64,000 nt of DNA from Puniceicoccaceae bacterium (GTDB lineage: Bacteria; Verrucomicrobiota; Verrucomicrobiia; Opitutales; Oceanipulchritudinaceae), in NCBI GenBank assembly GCA_040830765.1, contig JBFOMH010000020.1, positions 37,332 through 101,331 of the forward strand. The letters are read 5' to 3'. Of the stretch, positions 21,066-31,002 are shown piece after piece. The notes beneath the pieces were generated by a model. It saw nothing but the letters and a program-made list of their open reading frames with translations, ran no database searches and had not been told where the DNA came from. How positions within the stretch are numbered: the first letter of the stretch is position 1; every line of letters starts with the position of its first letter. The position numbers and the translations under genes were made by a program.

Positions 21066-21894
21066 GGTGGTTCTTGGTCAGTTGCTCGACGATGTAGGCT
21101 TTCGCCTCCTCCACGGAGTCAACAATCTTGAACAGGCCCAGGTCCTTTGGGGAAATCGTTCCAAACTCAAGGAAGGCCTCGAAGTTGATCACCTTGTTCC
21201 AGAAGTCGGATCCATAGAGGACGACCGGGAGAACCTTTTGCAGTTTTGAGGTCTGGATAAGGGTAAGGGTCTCGAACAGCTCATCCATGGTCCCGAAACC
21301 ACCCGGGAAGGCGACCAGCGCCTTGGCGAGGTAGATAAACCAGAATTTGCGGACAAAGAAGTAGTGGAATTCAAACTGCAGGTCCTTGGTGATGTAGGGA
21401 TTGAGACCCTGCTCAAAAGGCAGGCTGATCCCGAGCCCTATGGAGGCCCCGCCGGCATCTCGGGCGCCCCGGTTGGCCGCTTCCATGATTCCCGGACCGC
21501 CTCCCGAGCAGACAATGAAGCGCCGTTTCTTATCCGGAAGGGACATGGACCATTTGGTCAATTCCCGGGCCAGTTCGCGGGTGGCTTCGTAATAAGGGGC
21601 GTTTTTCACATGGGCCCGCGCGGCCTCAATTTCCCGCGTCTCCTCTTCGGTTAACTTCTTTTTATCCTTGAAGCGTTCCTCAAGTGTGGTGAGCCGGTAC
21701 TGGGCCACCTCAAGGGGAAGCGTCCGGGCTGAACCGAACATGACGATGGTGTCCTCGATGTTCTCTTCCTTGAAGCGCTTTTCGGTTTCCTCCAATTCGC
21801 AAAGGATGCGGATTTTCCGGGCTTCCGGACTGTTGAGGAACTCGAGATTCTTATAGGCCTTCGGCGGCCACGGGTCTTTGTTTTCTTCTGTCAT
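21055..21894 (-). CDS. LOG family protein (nucleotide phosphoribohydrolase-like)
   Basis: FGSAR, SGGGPGIMEAANRGA, YFFVRK and PGGFGTMDELFE motifs. Confidence 0.92.
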   Translation of the reverse strand: MTEENKDPWPPKAYKNLEFLNSPEARKIRILCELEETEKRFKEENIEDTIVMFGSARTLPLEVAQYRLTTLEERFKDKKKLTEEETREIEAARAHVKNAPYYEATRELARELTKWSMSLPDKKRRFIVCSGGGPGIMEAANRGARDAGGASIGLGISLPFEQGLNPYITKDLQFEFHYFFVRKFWFIYLAKALVAFPGGFGTMDELFETLTLIQTSKLQKVLPVVLYGSDFWNKVINFEAFLEFGTISPKDLGLFKIVDSVEEAKAYIVEQLTKNHLSG

Positions 21895-21915
21895 GGGCAA
21901 TTGGATGGTGATGTC

Positions 21916-23841
21916 TTAATTTCCGGAGTCTGTTCTGCCCCGGAAGGGTAAAAATGATTTCTTGGGACTCTCCTTTCGGGTATCCGTACTGCTGAGGGGA
22001 ATTTCGATACGAATGGTATGGATATCTTCGCCCTTGGATTCATCGGCACCATAGGCGCGGAAAAGGGATAGCATGGGACTGTTATCCCGGTCAACCTGGG
22101 CCCAGAGGTAGTTCAGATCCCGTTCCCGGGCAATTTCCATGAGCCGTTCGAGAAGCGTCCGGGCCATTCCCAGCCGGCGTTTATTTTCGGAAACAACAAA
22201 GGCCATCTCCGCGCTGCGGCCATCCTTGTCGAGATAGTATCGCCCGACGGCATGGATGACCTGGCGGGGCCCCTGCAATTCCACGATAGCGAGGGCGAGG
22301 TCCCGGGTCTGGTCCACGCCGACCAGTTCAAAGGCCCGCTCCCGGCTCATCCGGGTGACCGTGAACCCGTAACGCCGGACAATGGTTTCCTCCGTATGGG
22401 AGTAGAAAAATTCCTGCAGGCGGCGGTCGTCGGCTGGCCCGAGCGGACGCAGGATGTACTCCTTTTCATCCCGCAATTGCAGGCGGCGGTATTGGACGCC
22501 GTGGGCTTCTGCAGTCCATGGGGGGGGTAGCTGGAAGTATTGTGGCAAGAGGTGATGTTCACGGGCTTGCCGCAATAAGTCCTCCCGGAAATCCGGATGC
22601 GCAACCTGGATCAATTCCTGAACCCGTTCCTGGATGGTCCGTCCCCGCAAGCTGGCAATGCCGTGCTCGGTGACGAGATAATGAACATCCGAGCGGTGGC
22701 AGCCAACACCAGCCCCCGCCGGCAAGTCCGCAACCAGACGGGAGAACCGCTCCCCGTTCTCATCCATGCCCGTGGAGGGGAGGGCGATAATTGGCCTGCC
22801 CTTGCGGCTCATCGCCGCTCCACGAACAAAGTCGACCATGGACCCGACCCCGCTACGGAATAGTCCCTTCACCGAATCAACGACAACTTGTCCGGTGAGA
22901 TCGCTGAGGATGGCGCCGTTTATGGAGACCATGTTGTCGTTGCGGGCGATGTTGATCGGATCGTTGGTAAATTCCGCCGGGCGGAAATCAAAATGGAAGT
23001 TACGGTCGAGAAAAGCGTAGAGCTCGCTGGAGCCGAGGGCATGAGAAGTAACTACCTTGCCGCGAAGAAGCGTTTTCTGGGAATTATCGATGACCCCGAG
23101 CCGGAAGAGATCCATGACACCGTCACCGATAACCTCGGAATGAATCCCGAGGTTGCGATGCTGCCTGAGGGCGGCCGTGAGACCTGCCGCGACCGGGCCA
23201 ACTCCAAACTGGAGAGTGTCCCCGTTGTTAATCAACTGGGCGGCATATTCCCCGATCTGGGCGTAGGCCTTGTCCTCCTCCGCGGCCGGAAGCTCCGGCA
23301 GTGATGAAGCCGCCTCGATTGCGTAGTTGATTTTCGATACATGGATATGGCTCAGGCCGCCGGTTTTGGGAATTTCCGGATTGATCTGGGCGATGACAAT
23401 TTTGGCCCTTTCCATGGCTGCTTGTGTCCACTCGATGGTTGGCCCGAGGGAACAGTACCCAAATTCGTCCGGAGGGGAGACCATGATGAGGGCGGCATCA
23501 ATGCGGATTGTCCCGTCCCGGTACAGTTTGGGAATATCCGAGTAATGGGCCGGGGAGTAATCGGCAAAGCCTTCATTGACCAGTTTTTCCAGCGTCGGGT
23601 CGAGATAGAAGGCGTTGACCTTGAGGTGCGGGAGGTAGGGCTTTTCGAGCCATGGAGCGGGCGGAAGAGTGAGCCCCTGGACAAGTTCAAGATCACCGAT
23701 GACCTTCACGTGGGGCAGCAGGTCCTCCATCAGCTTCACCGGGCATCCGGCGCCGGAGGCCAGGTGCAGGCGCATCCCCGGACGGAGGCACTTGCGCCAG
23801 TCGGGAGCAGGGATCGAGGAAGGTGTGCTGTTACGGGTCAT
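21916..23841 (-). CDS. acetyl-CoA hydrolase/CoA-transferase fused to a C-terminal GNAT domain
   Basis: SPPDEFGYCSLG, LGIHSE (catalytic Glu), DLTGQV and VTEHGIA motifs. A GNAT follows (LRPLGPAD, AVGRY, AEMAFVV, RRLGMA). Confidence 0.88.
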   Translation of the reverse strand: MTRNSTPSSIPAPDWRKCLRPGMRLHLASGAGCPVKLMEDLLPHVKVIGDLELVQGLTLPPAPWLEKPYLPHLKVNAFYLDPTLEKLVNEGFADYSPAHYSDIPKLYRDGTIRIDAALIMVSPPDEFGYCSLGPTIEWTQAAMERAKIVIAQINPEIPKTGGLSHIHVSKINYAIEAASSLPELPAAEEDKAYAQIGEYAAQLINNGDTLQFGVGPVAAGLTAALRQHRNLGIHSEVIGDGVMDLFRLGVIDNSQKTLLRGKVVTSHALGSSELYAFLDRNFHFDFRPAEFTNDPINIARNDNMVSINGAILSDLTGQVVVDSVKGLFRSGVGSMVDFVRGAAMSRKGRPIIALPSTGMDENGERFSRLVADLPAGAGVGCHRSDVHYLVTEHGIASLRGRTIQERVQELIQVAHPDFREDLLRQAREHHLLPQYFQLPPPWTAEAHGVQYRRLQLRDEKEYILRPLGPADDRRLQEFFYSHTEETIVRRYGFTVTRMSRERAFELVGVDQTRDLALAIVELQGPRQVIHAVGRYYLDKDGRSAEMAFVVSENKRRLGMARTLLERLMEIARERDLNYLWAQVDRDNSPMLSLFRAYGADESKGEDIHTIRIEIPLSSTDTRKESPKKSFLPFRGRTDSGN

Positions 23842-23896
23842 GGGCTTCGGTGACTAGGATTAGTCACATTGCCGGATTCTGTAAAGCCCGGAGCCT

Positions 23897-24520
23897 TCAG
23901 CCGGCATTTGCCGCCGAAGCCTGCAGATGGTAGATGGCGTAGCCGGCGGTCAGGTTGGGGAGGAAGCGGGTTTGGTTTCGCCAGTTACCTTTAAGGAACG
24001 CGGTGTTGGCAATGTGGATACCATGCTCTTTGGCAAAGGCATTGAAACCCTCGACGGTGACCGGGTTGTAGGGATGGCCGGCTTCCCAGGAGAGCGGGAA
24101 GACCTCGTTGGTGGGACGGGAACCCGTCAGCAGGGTGGCCCAGCGGTTGAGCCAGAAGCCATGATTGACGAAGCCGACGGCGACATTTCTGGAGACCCTC
24201 AGGGACTCGCGGATCAGTTCCCCGGGATGGGCCAGCTCCTGAACCATACGGGAGAGGATGATCCAGTCGAAGAAACCGTCGGGAAAGGCTTGGAGAAGGT
24301 CTTCGGCGGTTCCATGGTAGACTGGAACCCCCCGTTTGACGCAGGACTGTACTTTATCGAGATTCGGATCCACCCCGAGGCCGCTCACGCTCAAACTGCG
24401 GATAAGGTGCTCTAGGAGAATGCCCCGGCCACAACCGATATCGAGCACGCGGTTGCCCTCATCAATCCAGCCGCTGATGATCTGGAAGTCGGTCTCGCGT
24501 TTGATCTTGTGCCGTTTCAT
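23897..24520 (-). CDS. metW: methionine biosynthesis protein MetW (SAM-dependent methyltransferase fold)
   Basis: RVLDIGCGRG motif; directly downstream of metX. Confidence 0.88.
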   Translation of the reverse strand: MKRHKIKRETDFQIISGWIDEGNRVLDIGCGRGILLEHLIRSLSVSGLGVDPNLDKVQSCVKRGVPVYHGTAEDLLQAFPDGFFDWIILSRMVQELAHPGELIRESLRVSRNVAVGFVNHGFWLNRWATLLTGSRPTNEVFPLSWEAGHPYNPVTVEGFNAFAKEHGIHIANTAFLKGNWRNQTRFLPNLTAGYAIYHLQASAANAG

Positions 24521-24529
24521 GGATTGGGG

Positions 24530-25675
24530 TCAGGCGTTGAGGAAATTCCGGACAATGGTGTAGAGGTCGGGAGCGTGGACGAGAAAGCTGTCGTGTCCAA
24601 GAGTCAGGCTCAGTTCGGCATAGGTGGCCTGCTTGCCACAGCGGAGGAGCGCATGGACAATGGAGCGGTTTTGTTCCGGCGGGAACAGCCAGTCGCTCTT
24701 GAAAGCGACAACCAGGCTCTGCGATTGGATGGCTTGCAGTTGGTCCTCCAGTTGGCCGGATTCGCCGAAGAGATCGAAGCGGTCGAGCGCCTTGGTCAGG
24801 TAGAGGTAGGAATTGGCATCGAAGCGGTTGATGAAACTCTGCCCCTGGTAACGGAGGTAACTCTCGACCTGGAACTCCGCATCGAACTGTGAACGCGCCC
24901 CTTCATGACGAATCTTGTCCCGGCCGAATTTCTCTTCCAGCCCGGCATCGCTGAGATAGGTGATGTGGGCCATCATGCGGGCCACCGCGAGTCCGACATT
25001 CGGGCCGTGTCCTTCCTCGTAAGCGCCTTCCTTCCAGTCGGGATCCTGCATGATGGCCAGGCGCCCGACTTCGTTGAAAGCGATGGACTGGGCATTCTGG
25101 CGGGCAGTGGTCGCCATGGGGATCAGTTTTTCAACGAAATCCGGGAAATCGATGCCCCATTGGAGAACCTGCATGCCGCCCATGGAGCCACCAATGACGG
25201 CGAAGAGGCCCGGTAGGCCGAAGCCTTCGGTTAGCAAGAGGTGTTGTGCCCGAACCATGTCGCGGATGGAAACCAGGGGAAAGTCCATGTTGTAGGAGCT
25301 TCCTGTTGCCGGATTGAGAGATTTGGGTCCAGTCGAGCCCTGGCAACCACCGAGGCAGTTGCTGCAGATGACAAAGTACTTATTGGTATCGAGCGGCTTT
25401 CCGGGTCCGATGATATTGTTCCACCAGCCGGGTTTGCTGTCCTTGAGGCTGTGGATGCCGGCACAATGGTGGTCCCCGCTCAAGGCATGGCAGACCAGGA
25501 TCGCGTTGGACTTTCCGGCATTCAGTTTTCCGTAGGTCTCATAGCGGATGGTGAAGCCGGGGATTTCGTCACCGGAATCGAAAGCAAACGGCTGCCTCCA
25601 GTGAAAGTCGTTCCACTGCACAATTCCGATTTCCCCTGGGGATTGGTCCGTAGTCTCTGTCGGCGGGTCGTACAT
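24530..25675 (-). CDS. metX: homoserine O-acyltransferase (MetX family)
   Basis: CHALSGDHH, GWW..IGPGK, GGSMGGMQ, RFDANSY, DWLFP and GHDSFL motifs. Confidence 0.95.
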   Translation of the reverse strand: MYDPPTETTDQSPGEIGIVQWNDFHWRQPFAFDSGDEIPGFTIRYETYGKLNAGKSNAILVCHALSGDHHCAGIHSLKDSKPGWWNNIIGPGKPLDTNKYFVICSNCLGGCQGSTGPKSLNPATGSSYNMDFPLVSIRDMVRAQHLLLTEGFGLPGLFAVIGGSMGGMQVLQWGIDFPDFVEKLIPMATTARQNAQSIAFNEVGRLAIMQDPDWKEGAYEEGHGPNVGLAVARMMAHITYLSDAGLEEKFGRDKIRHEGARSQFDAEFQVESYLRYQGQSFINRFDANSYLYLTKALDRFDLFGESGQLEDQLQAIQSQSLVVAFKSDWLFPPEQNRSIVHALLRCGKQATYAELSLTLGHDSFLVHAPDLYTIVRNFLNA

Positions 25676-25696
25676 TGGGAGCTGGCCGCTGTCGGG

Positions 25697-27121
25697 CTAC
25701 AGGATAGGAGCGGGTTCGTAGGCAGCGGCTTCCGGGTACGCCTGCAGCAGGGCATCCACGGTTGCGGCAAAGCCATCCACCTGGGCGGCGGCCTGACCTG
25801 AGAGCTGTGCTGCCCCGCTGATGACCGCGTCAATCGATTCCCGCGACAGGCCGAGGCGGCCGTCTTCCGCCAGTCGTGCGGCAAGATCATTTTGGGTGAT
25901 CTTGCCTTTTCGCAGATCTAGGACAGTGGCCACGGCGTGTTCCTTGATGGCCTCGTGGGCGGCCTCCCGGCCGGCAGCGGCTTTGACCGCCTCCATTAAC
26001 AGGGTGGTGGTGCTGAGGAAGGGAAAGTAATAGGCATTCTCCCGGTCAATGACGGCCGGAAAAACGTCCATCTGGTTGAGCACGGTGAGTGTCGTCTCCA
26101 GCAGTCCGTCAATGGCGAAGCAGGCATCGGGCAGGGCAACCCGCCGGACCACGGAACAGGAAACATCCCCCTCGTTCCACTGGTCCCCGGCAAGGCCCTG
26201 GACCATGGCCAGGTGCCCCTTGAGAATTGTAGCGAAACCGTTGATACGTTCACAGGACCGGGCGTTCATTTTGTGGGGCATGGCGGACGAGCCGACCTGG
26301 CCCTTGGCAAATCCTTCGGAGGCCAGCTCATAGCCGGCCATCAGCCGCAGTGTCCGGGCAAAGCTCGACGGGCCCGCGGCCAACTGGTTGAAGACGGCCA
26401 CCACTTCGAAGTCGAGGCTTCTGGGATAGACTTGCCCCACCGCACCGAATTGGCCGGGCAGGCCGAGGTGCTTGAGAATCTTGTTCTCGAGGCTGGCCAC
26501 CTTGTCAGCATCCCCGTCAAAGAGGGTCAACAGGTCCAATTGCGTTCCGACCGCACCCTTGAGGCCGCGCGCTGGGTAATCACCGACGAGTGCCTCCAGT
26601 TTCTTGACCGCCCGCAGGGTTTCCTCCCCGAACATGGCGATGCGCTTGCCGACAGTGGTTGGCTGGGCAGCGACATTGTGGGAACGCCCGGTCAGAACAA
26701 TATCCCGGTACTCACCGGCCTTGCCGGAAAACTTTTGCAAAAGGGCCAATGCCTTCGGGAAGAGAACTTGCAGGGAGCGATAAAGCTGGAGCTGTTCGAC
26801 ATTCTCCGTCAGGTCCCGGCTGGTCATGCCCTTGTGGATGTGTTCGTGCCCGGCCAGTTCATTGAAGGCTTCAATGCGGGCCTTGACGTCGTGACGGGTG
26901 ATACGCTCCCGGCGGTCGATGGCCTCGAGGTCAATCTGGTCGACATTGGCCTCATAGGCGGCAATGGCCGCATCCGGAATCTCCAGCCCGAGTTCCTTCT
27001 GGGCCTTCATGACGGCTATCCAGTACTCACGCTCGAGGCGTATTTTTCCTTGAGGTGACCAGATGTCCTGCAAGGCCGCCGAGGCATAGCGCTGGGCAAG
27101 AATGTTAGGAATGGCTTCCAT
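25697..27121 (-). CDS. purB: adenylosuccinate lyase
   Basis: RHDVKA, HKGMTSRD, RSHNVAAQPTT and GSSAMPHKMN motifs. Confidence 0.96.
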   Translation of the reverse strand: MEAIPNILAQRYASAALQDIWSPQGKIRLEREYWIAVMKAQKELGLEIPDAAIAAYEANVDQIDLEAIDRRERITRHDVKARIEAFNELAGHEHIHKGMTSRDLTENVEQLQLYRSLQVLFPKALALLQKFSGKAGEYRDIVLTGRSHNVAAQPTTVGKRIAMFGEETLRAVKKLEALVGDYPARGLKGAVGTQLDLLTLFDGDADKVASLENKILKHLGLPGQFGAVGQVYPRSLDFEVVAVFNQLAAGPSSFARTLRLMAGYELASEGFAKGQVGSSAMPHKMNARSCERINGFATILKGHLAMVQGLAGDQWNEGDVSCSVVRRVALPDACFAIDGLLETTLTVLNQMDVFPAVIDRENAYYFPFLSTTTLLMEAVKAAAGREAAHEAIKEHAVATVLDLRKGKITQNDLAARLAEDGRLGLSRESIDAVISGAAQLSGQAAAQVDGFAATVDALLQAYPEAAAYEPAPIL

Positions 27122-27163
27122 GTGTTTAAAACTCGGAAGAAATCACGTTCCTGCCAAGCCCAT

Positions 27164-28270
27164 TCAGGATGAGTTGGCCTGGAGCGGGGAAAGACATTTG
27201 ACGGCCATGGCGTTGAGGACGGCCTCCTGCTCACCGGGTCGGTCAATGATCTCAAGGAAGCATTCGCGGAATGTATCCTGGAAGATCAGCAGGGTTTTCA
27301 GGGAAATCCGGTTCAGGGAATCCGCGAGCCTGCCGAGGTACCATGGATTCTGGGTGAAGACACAAAAGCTCGACTTGCCGGGTGCTTCGCCGAAGTAACT
27401 ACCGTAGCGTTCGGAGGCGGACTCAAGGGCGGCCTTGCTCACCCTGGCGGGGATAGCCCGGGCTTGCTGCAGGGCCTTCAACTGGATGAGAAGGCGGTTG
27501 CGGTTCTGCAGCGAGCTGATCAGGGGCCTGGCGTCATGCCCGGCAAAGAAATGGCGATGGATCGCTGCCAGGGCCCACTCGAGGTCGAGGCTGTAAAAGG
27601 CCTCGGCCGCCTCGAAAAAGTCACTTTCCCCAACACTGGGGACGAGCTCAGCCACCAGCTCCGGAGTTATCTTCCCCCCTTCCTTGCCAAGGTAGGTGGT
27701 TAGCTTGCGGGTTTCCTCGAGTGTCAGGCGGGCGCTGCCCCCGGTGAGTTCAACGAGGATCTGGGCCGCGTTGCCAGTGAAGGCGGCTCCGGAAATCCGG
27801 GCTTCCTCCCTGGCCATTTCCACCAGCGCCCCGGCGTCCTTGCCCGCTTCGAGAAATGTGCTCTCACCGTTTGATTGAAACCATTTATAGGCCTTCTTGC
27901 GACGGTCGACGGGGGACGCGGAAAGGAGGACCCGGACAGCGGAAGGATCATTTTTTTCCAGGACCTCCTGGATGCGCTCGACCTGTTCGGCGGTGCCTTG
28001 CGCCCGGCCGGTGACCGAGTCGGCGAGAAAGGTGATGTTGCGGAACCAGACCGCCTTTTCGGGAGCGAACAGGGAGATGGTCTGCACGGCACTGGTGAAC
28101 TGATTTACCGCGGTTGTTACTTCATCGACATTCCCCGCCTGCCCATCGACGACTTCAACAGCGTTGGGATCACTCACCTCCTGCGCGAGCGTCTCCCATT
28201 CCTCACGGGCTTTGCGCTGGACGAGAAAGTCATCCGCGCCGGCTATGAATCGGAAGGACATCGTGTCCAT
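27164..28270 (-). CDS. holA: DNA polymerase III delta subunit
   Basis: FIAGADDFL N-terminus, TISLFA, VDRRKKAYK and ETRKLTTY; clamp-loader delta pattern and size. Confidence 0.8.
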   Translation of the reverse strand: MDTMSFRFIAGADDFLVQRKAREEWETLAQEVSDPNAVEVVDGQAGNVDEVTTAVNQFTSAVQTISLFAPEKAVWFRNITFLADSVTGRAQGTAEQVERIQEVLEKNDPSAVRVLLSASPVDRRKKAYKWFQSNGESTFLEAGKDAGALVEMAREEARISGAAFTGNAAQILVELTGGSARLTLEETRKLTTYLGKEGGKITPELVAELVPSVGESDFFEAAEAFYSLDLEWALAAIHRHFFAGHDARPLISSLQNRNRLLIQLKALQQARAIPARVSKAALESASERYGSYFGEAPGKSSFCVFTQNPWYLGRLADSLNRISLKTLLIFQDTFRECFLEIIDRPGEQEAVLNAMAVKCLSPLQANSS

Positions 28271-28427
28271 GAATTAGGCTTCACAAGAAGGCTTCAGGTC
28301 AACGGAAAAGCATGGTGACCGGTTATTCTCTACGACTGTAAAGGGGTTCTGATTTAGCTTGCTGGCGTATTAGCACGAGTATACCCAGTAAACAGAATCT
28401 CTTATGTTAAAAGCGTAATCCTCCGGC

Positions 28428-29849
28428 ATGCTATTCAACTCGCTGACCTTCGTCGTCTTCTTTGCCATCGTCCTGGCATTGCATCACCTGCCCATTGGCT
28501 GGACCTGGAAGAAGGTCAATCTGCTCCTTGCCAGCTATATCTTTTATGCAGCCTGGAATCCTCCATTCGTCCTGCTGCTGTGGCTCTCGACCGTCGTCGA
28601 TTACCTCGCCGCCGCCCAAATAGCGAAGTCGGAGAAGCGGGCCACCCGCCGTTTCTGGCTGGGGATGAGCATGCTGACCAACCTGGGTATGCTGGGCTTT
28701 TTCAAGTACGGGGGCTTCTTCCTCGACAATTTTGTCGGGCTGGCGGGGGCCTACGGGTTTGAGTATCATCCGGCGATGGCCAGCATCGTCCTGCCGGTGG
28801 GGATCTCCTTCTACACCTTCCAGACGATGTCCTACACCATTGATGTCTACCGGAAGCACAGTCCGCCCAGTCAATCGTTCCTCGATTTCGCCCTCTTCGT
28901 GACCTTCTTCCCGCAGCTGGTGGCCGGTCCGATTGTCCGTCCGCGGCAGCTGATTCCCCAGTTCAAGAAGGAGCACCAGGCAACCCGGCCACAGTTGATG
29001 TGGGGACTTGGCCTGATGACCTGGGGCATGTTCCAGAAGATCGTCCTTGCGGACACATTTCTTGCACCGACTTCGGACGCCGTCTTTGGCGCGATGGTGC
29101 CAGTGGGGACAGTCGATGCCTGGCTGGGTGCATTGGCCTTCGGGGGGCAGATTTTCTTCGACTTTGCCGGTTACTCGACAATTGCCATCGGGGCGGCCCT
29201 TTGTCTCGGGTTCTCAATTCCGGAAAACTTCCGCTATCCCTATGCCGCGATCGGGTTTTCCGATTTCTGGAAGCGCTGGCACATCTCCCTTTCGTCATGG
29301 CTGCGGGACTACCTCTATATTCCACTGGGCGGCAACCGGAAGGGATCGACCCGGACCACGATTAATCTCATGCTGACGATGCTGCTTGGCGGCCTCTGGC
29401 ACGGTGCTGCCTGGACCTTTGTCGCCTGGGGGGCCTTGCACGGGTTCTACCTCTGGCTCGAGCGCCTCTGCCGCCGGCTCTTCGCGGATCAGGAATGGAC
29501 GCAACGGACGGTGGTGCGGCTGGGAATGGGCCTGTTGACCTTCGCCCTGATAACCCTGACGTGGGTATTCTTCCGGGCAACCGACTTTGCCACCGCTGGG
29601 AAGTTGCTGTCGGCAATGTTTGGTTTCGACGAAGGAGGGATGGGAGTCCTGACGACCACTGACATGGTCCTTACGGCGGTTGTCATCTCCCTGCTTCTTG
29701 GATTGAGCTGGATGTTGAGGGACCGGATGGTTGAAGACGTGGTCGGGAAAGTTCCCTGGTGGCTCGGTGGCTGTGCCTGGGCGGCAATGCTGATATTAAT
29801 CATTTTAACGCAAGGAGGCGGTGGTGCATTCATCTATTTCCAATTCTGA
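28428..29849 (+). CDS. MBOAT O-acyltransferase (AlgI/DltB-like)
   Basis: LPVGISFYTFQ, FFPQLVAGPIVR, DFWKRWHISLSSWLRDYLYIPLGG, GLWHGA and terminal FIYFQF. Confidence 0.95.
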   Translation: MLFNSLTFVVFFAIVLALHHLPIGWTWKKVNLLLASYIFYAAWNPPFVLLLWLSTVVDYLAAAQIAKSEKRATRRFWLGMSMLTNLGMLGFFKYGGFFLDNFVGLAGAYGFEYHPAMASIVLPVGISFYTFQTMSYTIDVYRKHSPPSQSFLDFALFVTFFPQLVAGPIVRPRQLIPQFKKEHQATRPQLMWGLGLMTWGMFQKIVLADTFLAPTSDAVFGAMVPVGTVDAWLGALAFGGQIFFDFAGYSTIAIGAALCLGFSIPENFRYPYAAIGFSDFWKRWHISLSSWLRDYLYIPLGGNRKGSTRTTINLMLTMLLGGLWHGAAWTFVAWGALHGFYLWLERLCRRLFADQEWTQRTVVRLGMGLLTFALITLTWVFFRATDFATAGKLLSAMFGFDEGGMGVLTTTDMVLTAVVISLLLGLSWMLRDRMVEDVVGKVPWWLGGCAWAAMLILIILTQGGGGAFIYFQF

Positions 29850-30912
29850 GCCCCCAAAGTGGCCGGAGACCTATTGGAAGCGGCCCATTCCCGAGGCGCA
29901 CTGGCGCGGGGTCGGACTGCTGACAGCCTTGCTGGTCCTGGGATTCATGATTTTCTGGGAAACCTACTGGCGTCTGGAGGGCTACGAGCCTCAACTCGAG
30001 GAGACCGCTGAACTCTGGGCAAGGTTACGGGGACAGGCGGCAACGGGCTCAGCGGACGAAGTTGTCTACACGGGATCCTCGCGCATCGCCTTTGACTTCG
30101 ATCAGGATGTATGGCAGCAGTACTTTGGTGGCCCGAGGCCGATAGCGCTGCCCAAGATTGGCACCAATCCCCGGCCGTTTCTTGCCGATATGGCCAATGA
30201 CCCTGGATTCCGGGGCCTCCTCATTGTCGGGGTGACTGAAGGACTCTTCTTTTCCCCTGACGAAGCGCCCCCGGCGGGCGAGGCGAGGATTTATTTAGAG
30301 CATCGTGAAAACCGTTCCATCTCGGCCCGGACCGATTACCTGCTTTCCATTCCGGTACAGTCCGCCTTTGCATCCATAAACAAGGAGGACCTCAGCCTGG
30401 CCGCGCTGATCCGTTCCCGCTGGCTGGACTTGCCGGACCGGCAGGGGGCTTACCTGATGCCGGATTATCCGCCCTTCATCGGTGCTATCGGCCCGGACCG
30501 GCGGATAAAGATGTGGCACAAGTGTGAGCGCGATCCCGAATTGCAACGCAAGGTGCAACAAATCTGGATGCCCTGGTTCCAATTGGGCCCACCGTTGGGC
30601 GGTCCACCCCTGGAGGCCATCTTCGATTCCGTGCGTCAGGATGTGGAAAAGATCCGCTCACGGGGCGGGGAGGTGGTGTTCCTGCGTTTGCCCTCGACGG
30701 GTGAGCTCAGGAAAGTCGAAAAGGAGCGCTGGCCGAGGCAGGTTTACTGGGATCGTCTTCTCCGGGAAACGGGGGCTCCGGGGATCCACTTTGAGGATTA
30801 CGACGGCCTCAAAGGATTCGACTGCCCGGAATGGTCGCACTTGAGCCGGGTCGATGCGGTAATTTATACCCGCAATCTGGTTCCCATCATGCAGGCGGCG
30901 CTCTCACGATAG
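29821..30912 (+). CDS. membrane-anchored SGNH/DltD-like partner of the MBOAT
   Basis: Overlaps the MBOAT 3' end by 29 nt. One TM, a GSSR block-I-like motif and a C-terminal EWSHL. Confidence 0.7.
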   Translation: MVHSSISNSEPPKWPETYWKRPIPEAHWRGVGLLTALLVLGFMIFWETYWRLEGYEPQLEETAELWARLRGQAATGSADEVVYTGSSRIAFDFDQDVWQQYFGGPRPIALPKIGTNPRPFLADMANDPGFRGLLIVGVTEGLFFSPDEAPPAGEARIYLEHRENRSISARTDYLLSIPVQSAFASINKEDLSLAALIRSRWLDLPDRQGAYLMPDYPPFIGAIGPDRRIKMWHKCERDPELQRKVQQIWMPWFQLGPPLGGPPLEAIFDSVRQDVEKIRSRGGEVVFLRLPSTGELRKVEKERWPRQVYWDRLLRETGAPGIHFEDYDGLKGFDCPEWSHLSRVDAVIYTRNLVPIMQAALSR

Positions 30913-31002
30913 ATGCGAGGGCAAATTCACTTGAAGGGAATGATCTTCCCGGACATGCTCTCAGTCTGACTGATAAGGATGGTTGCCTGAACAATCCCCA
31001 CG

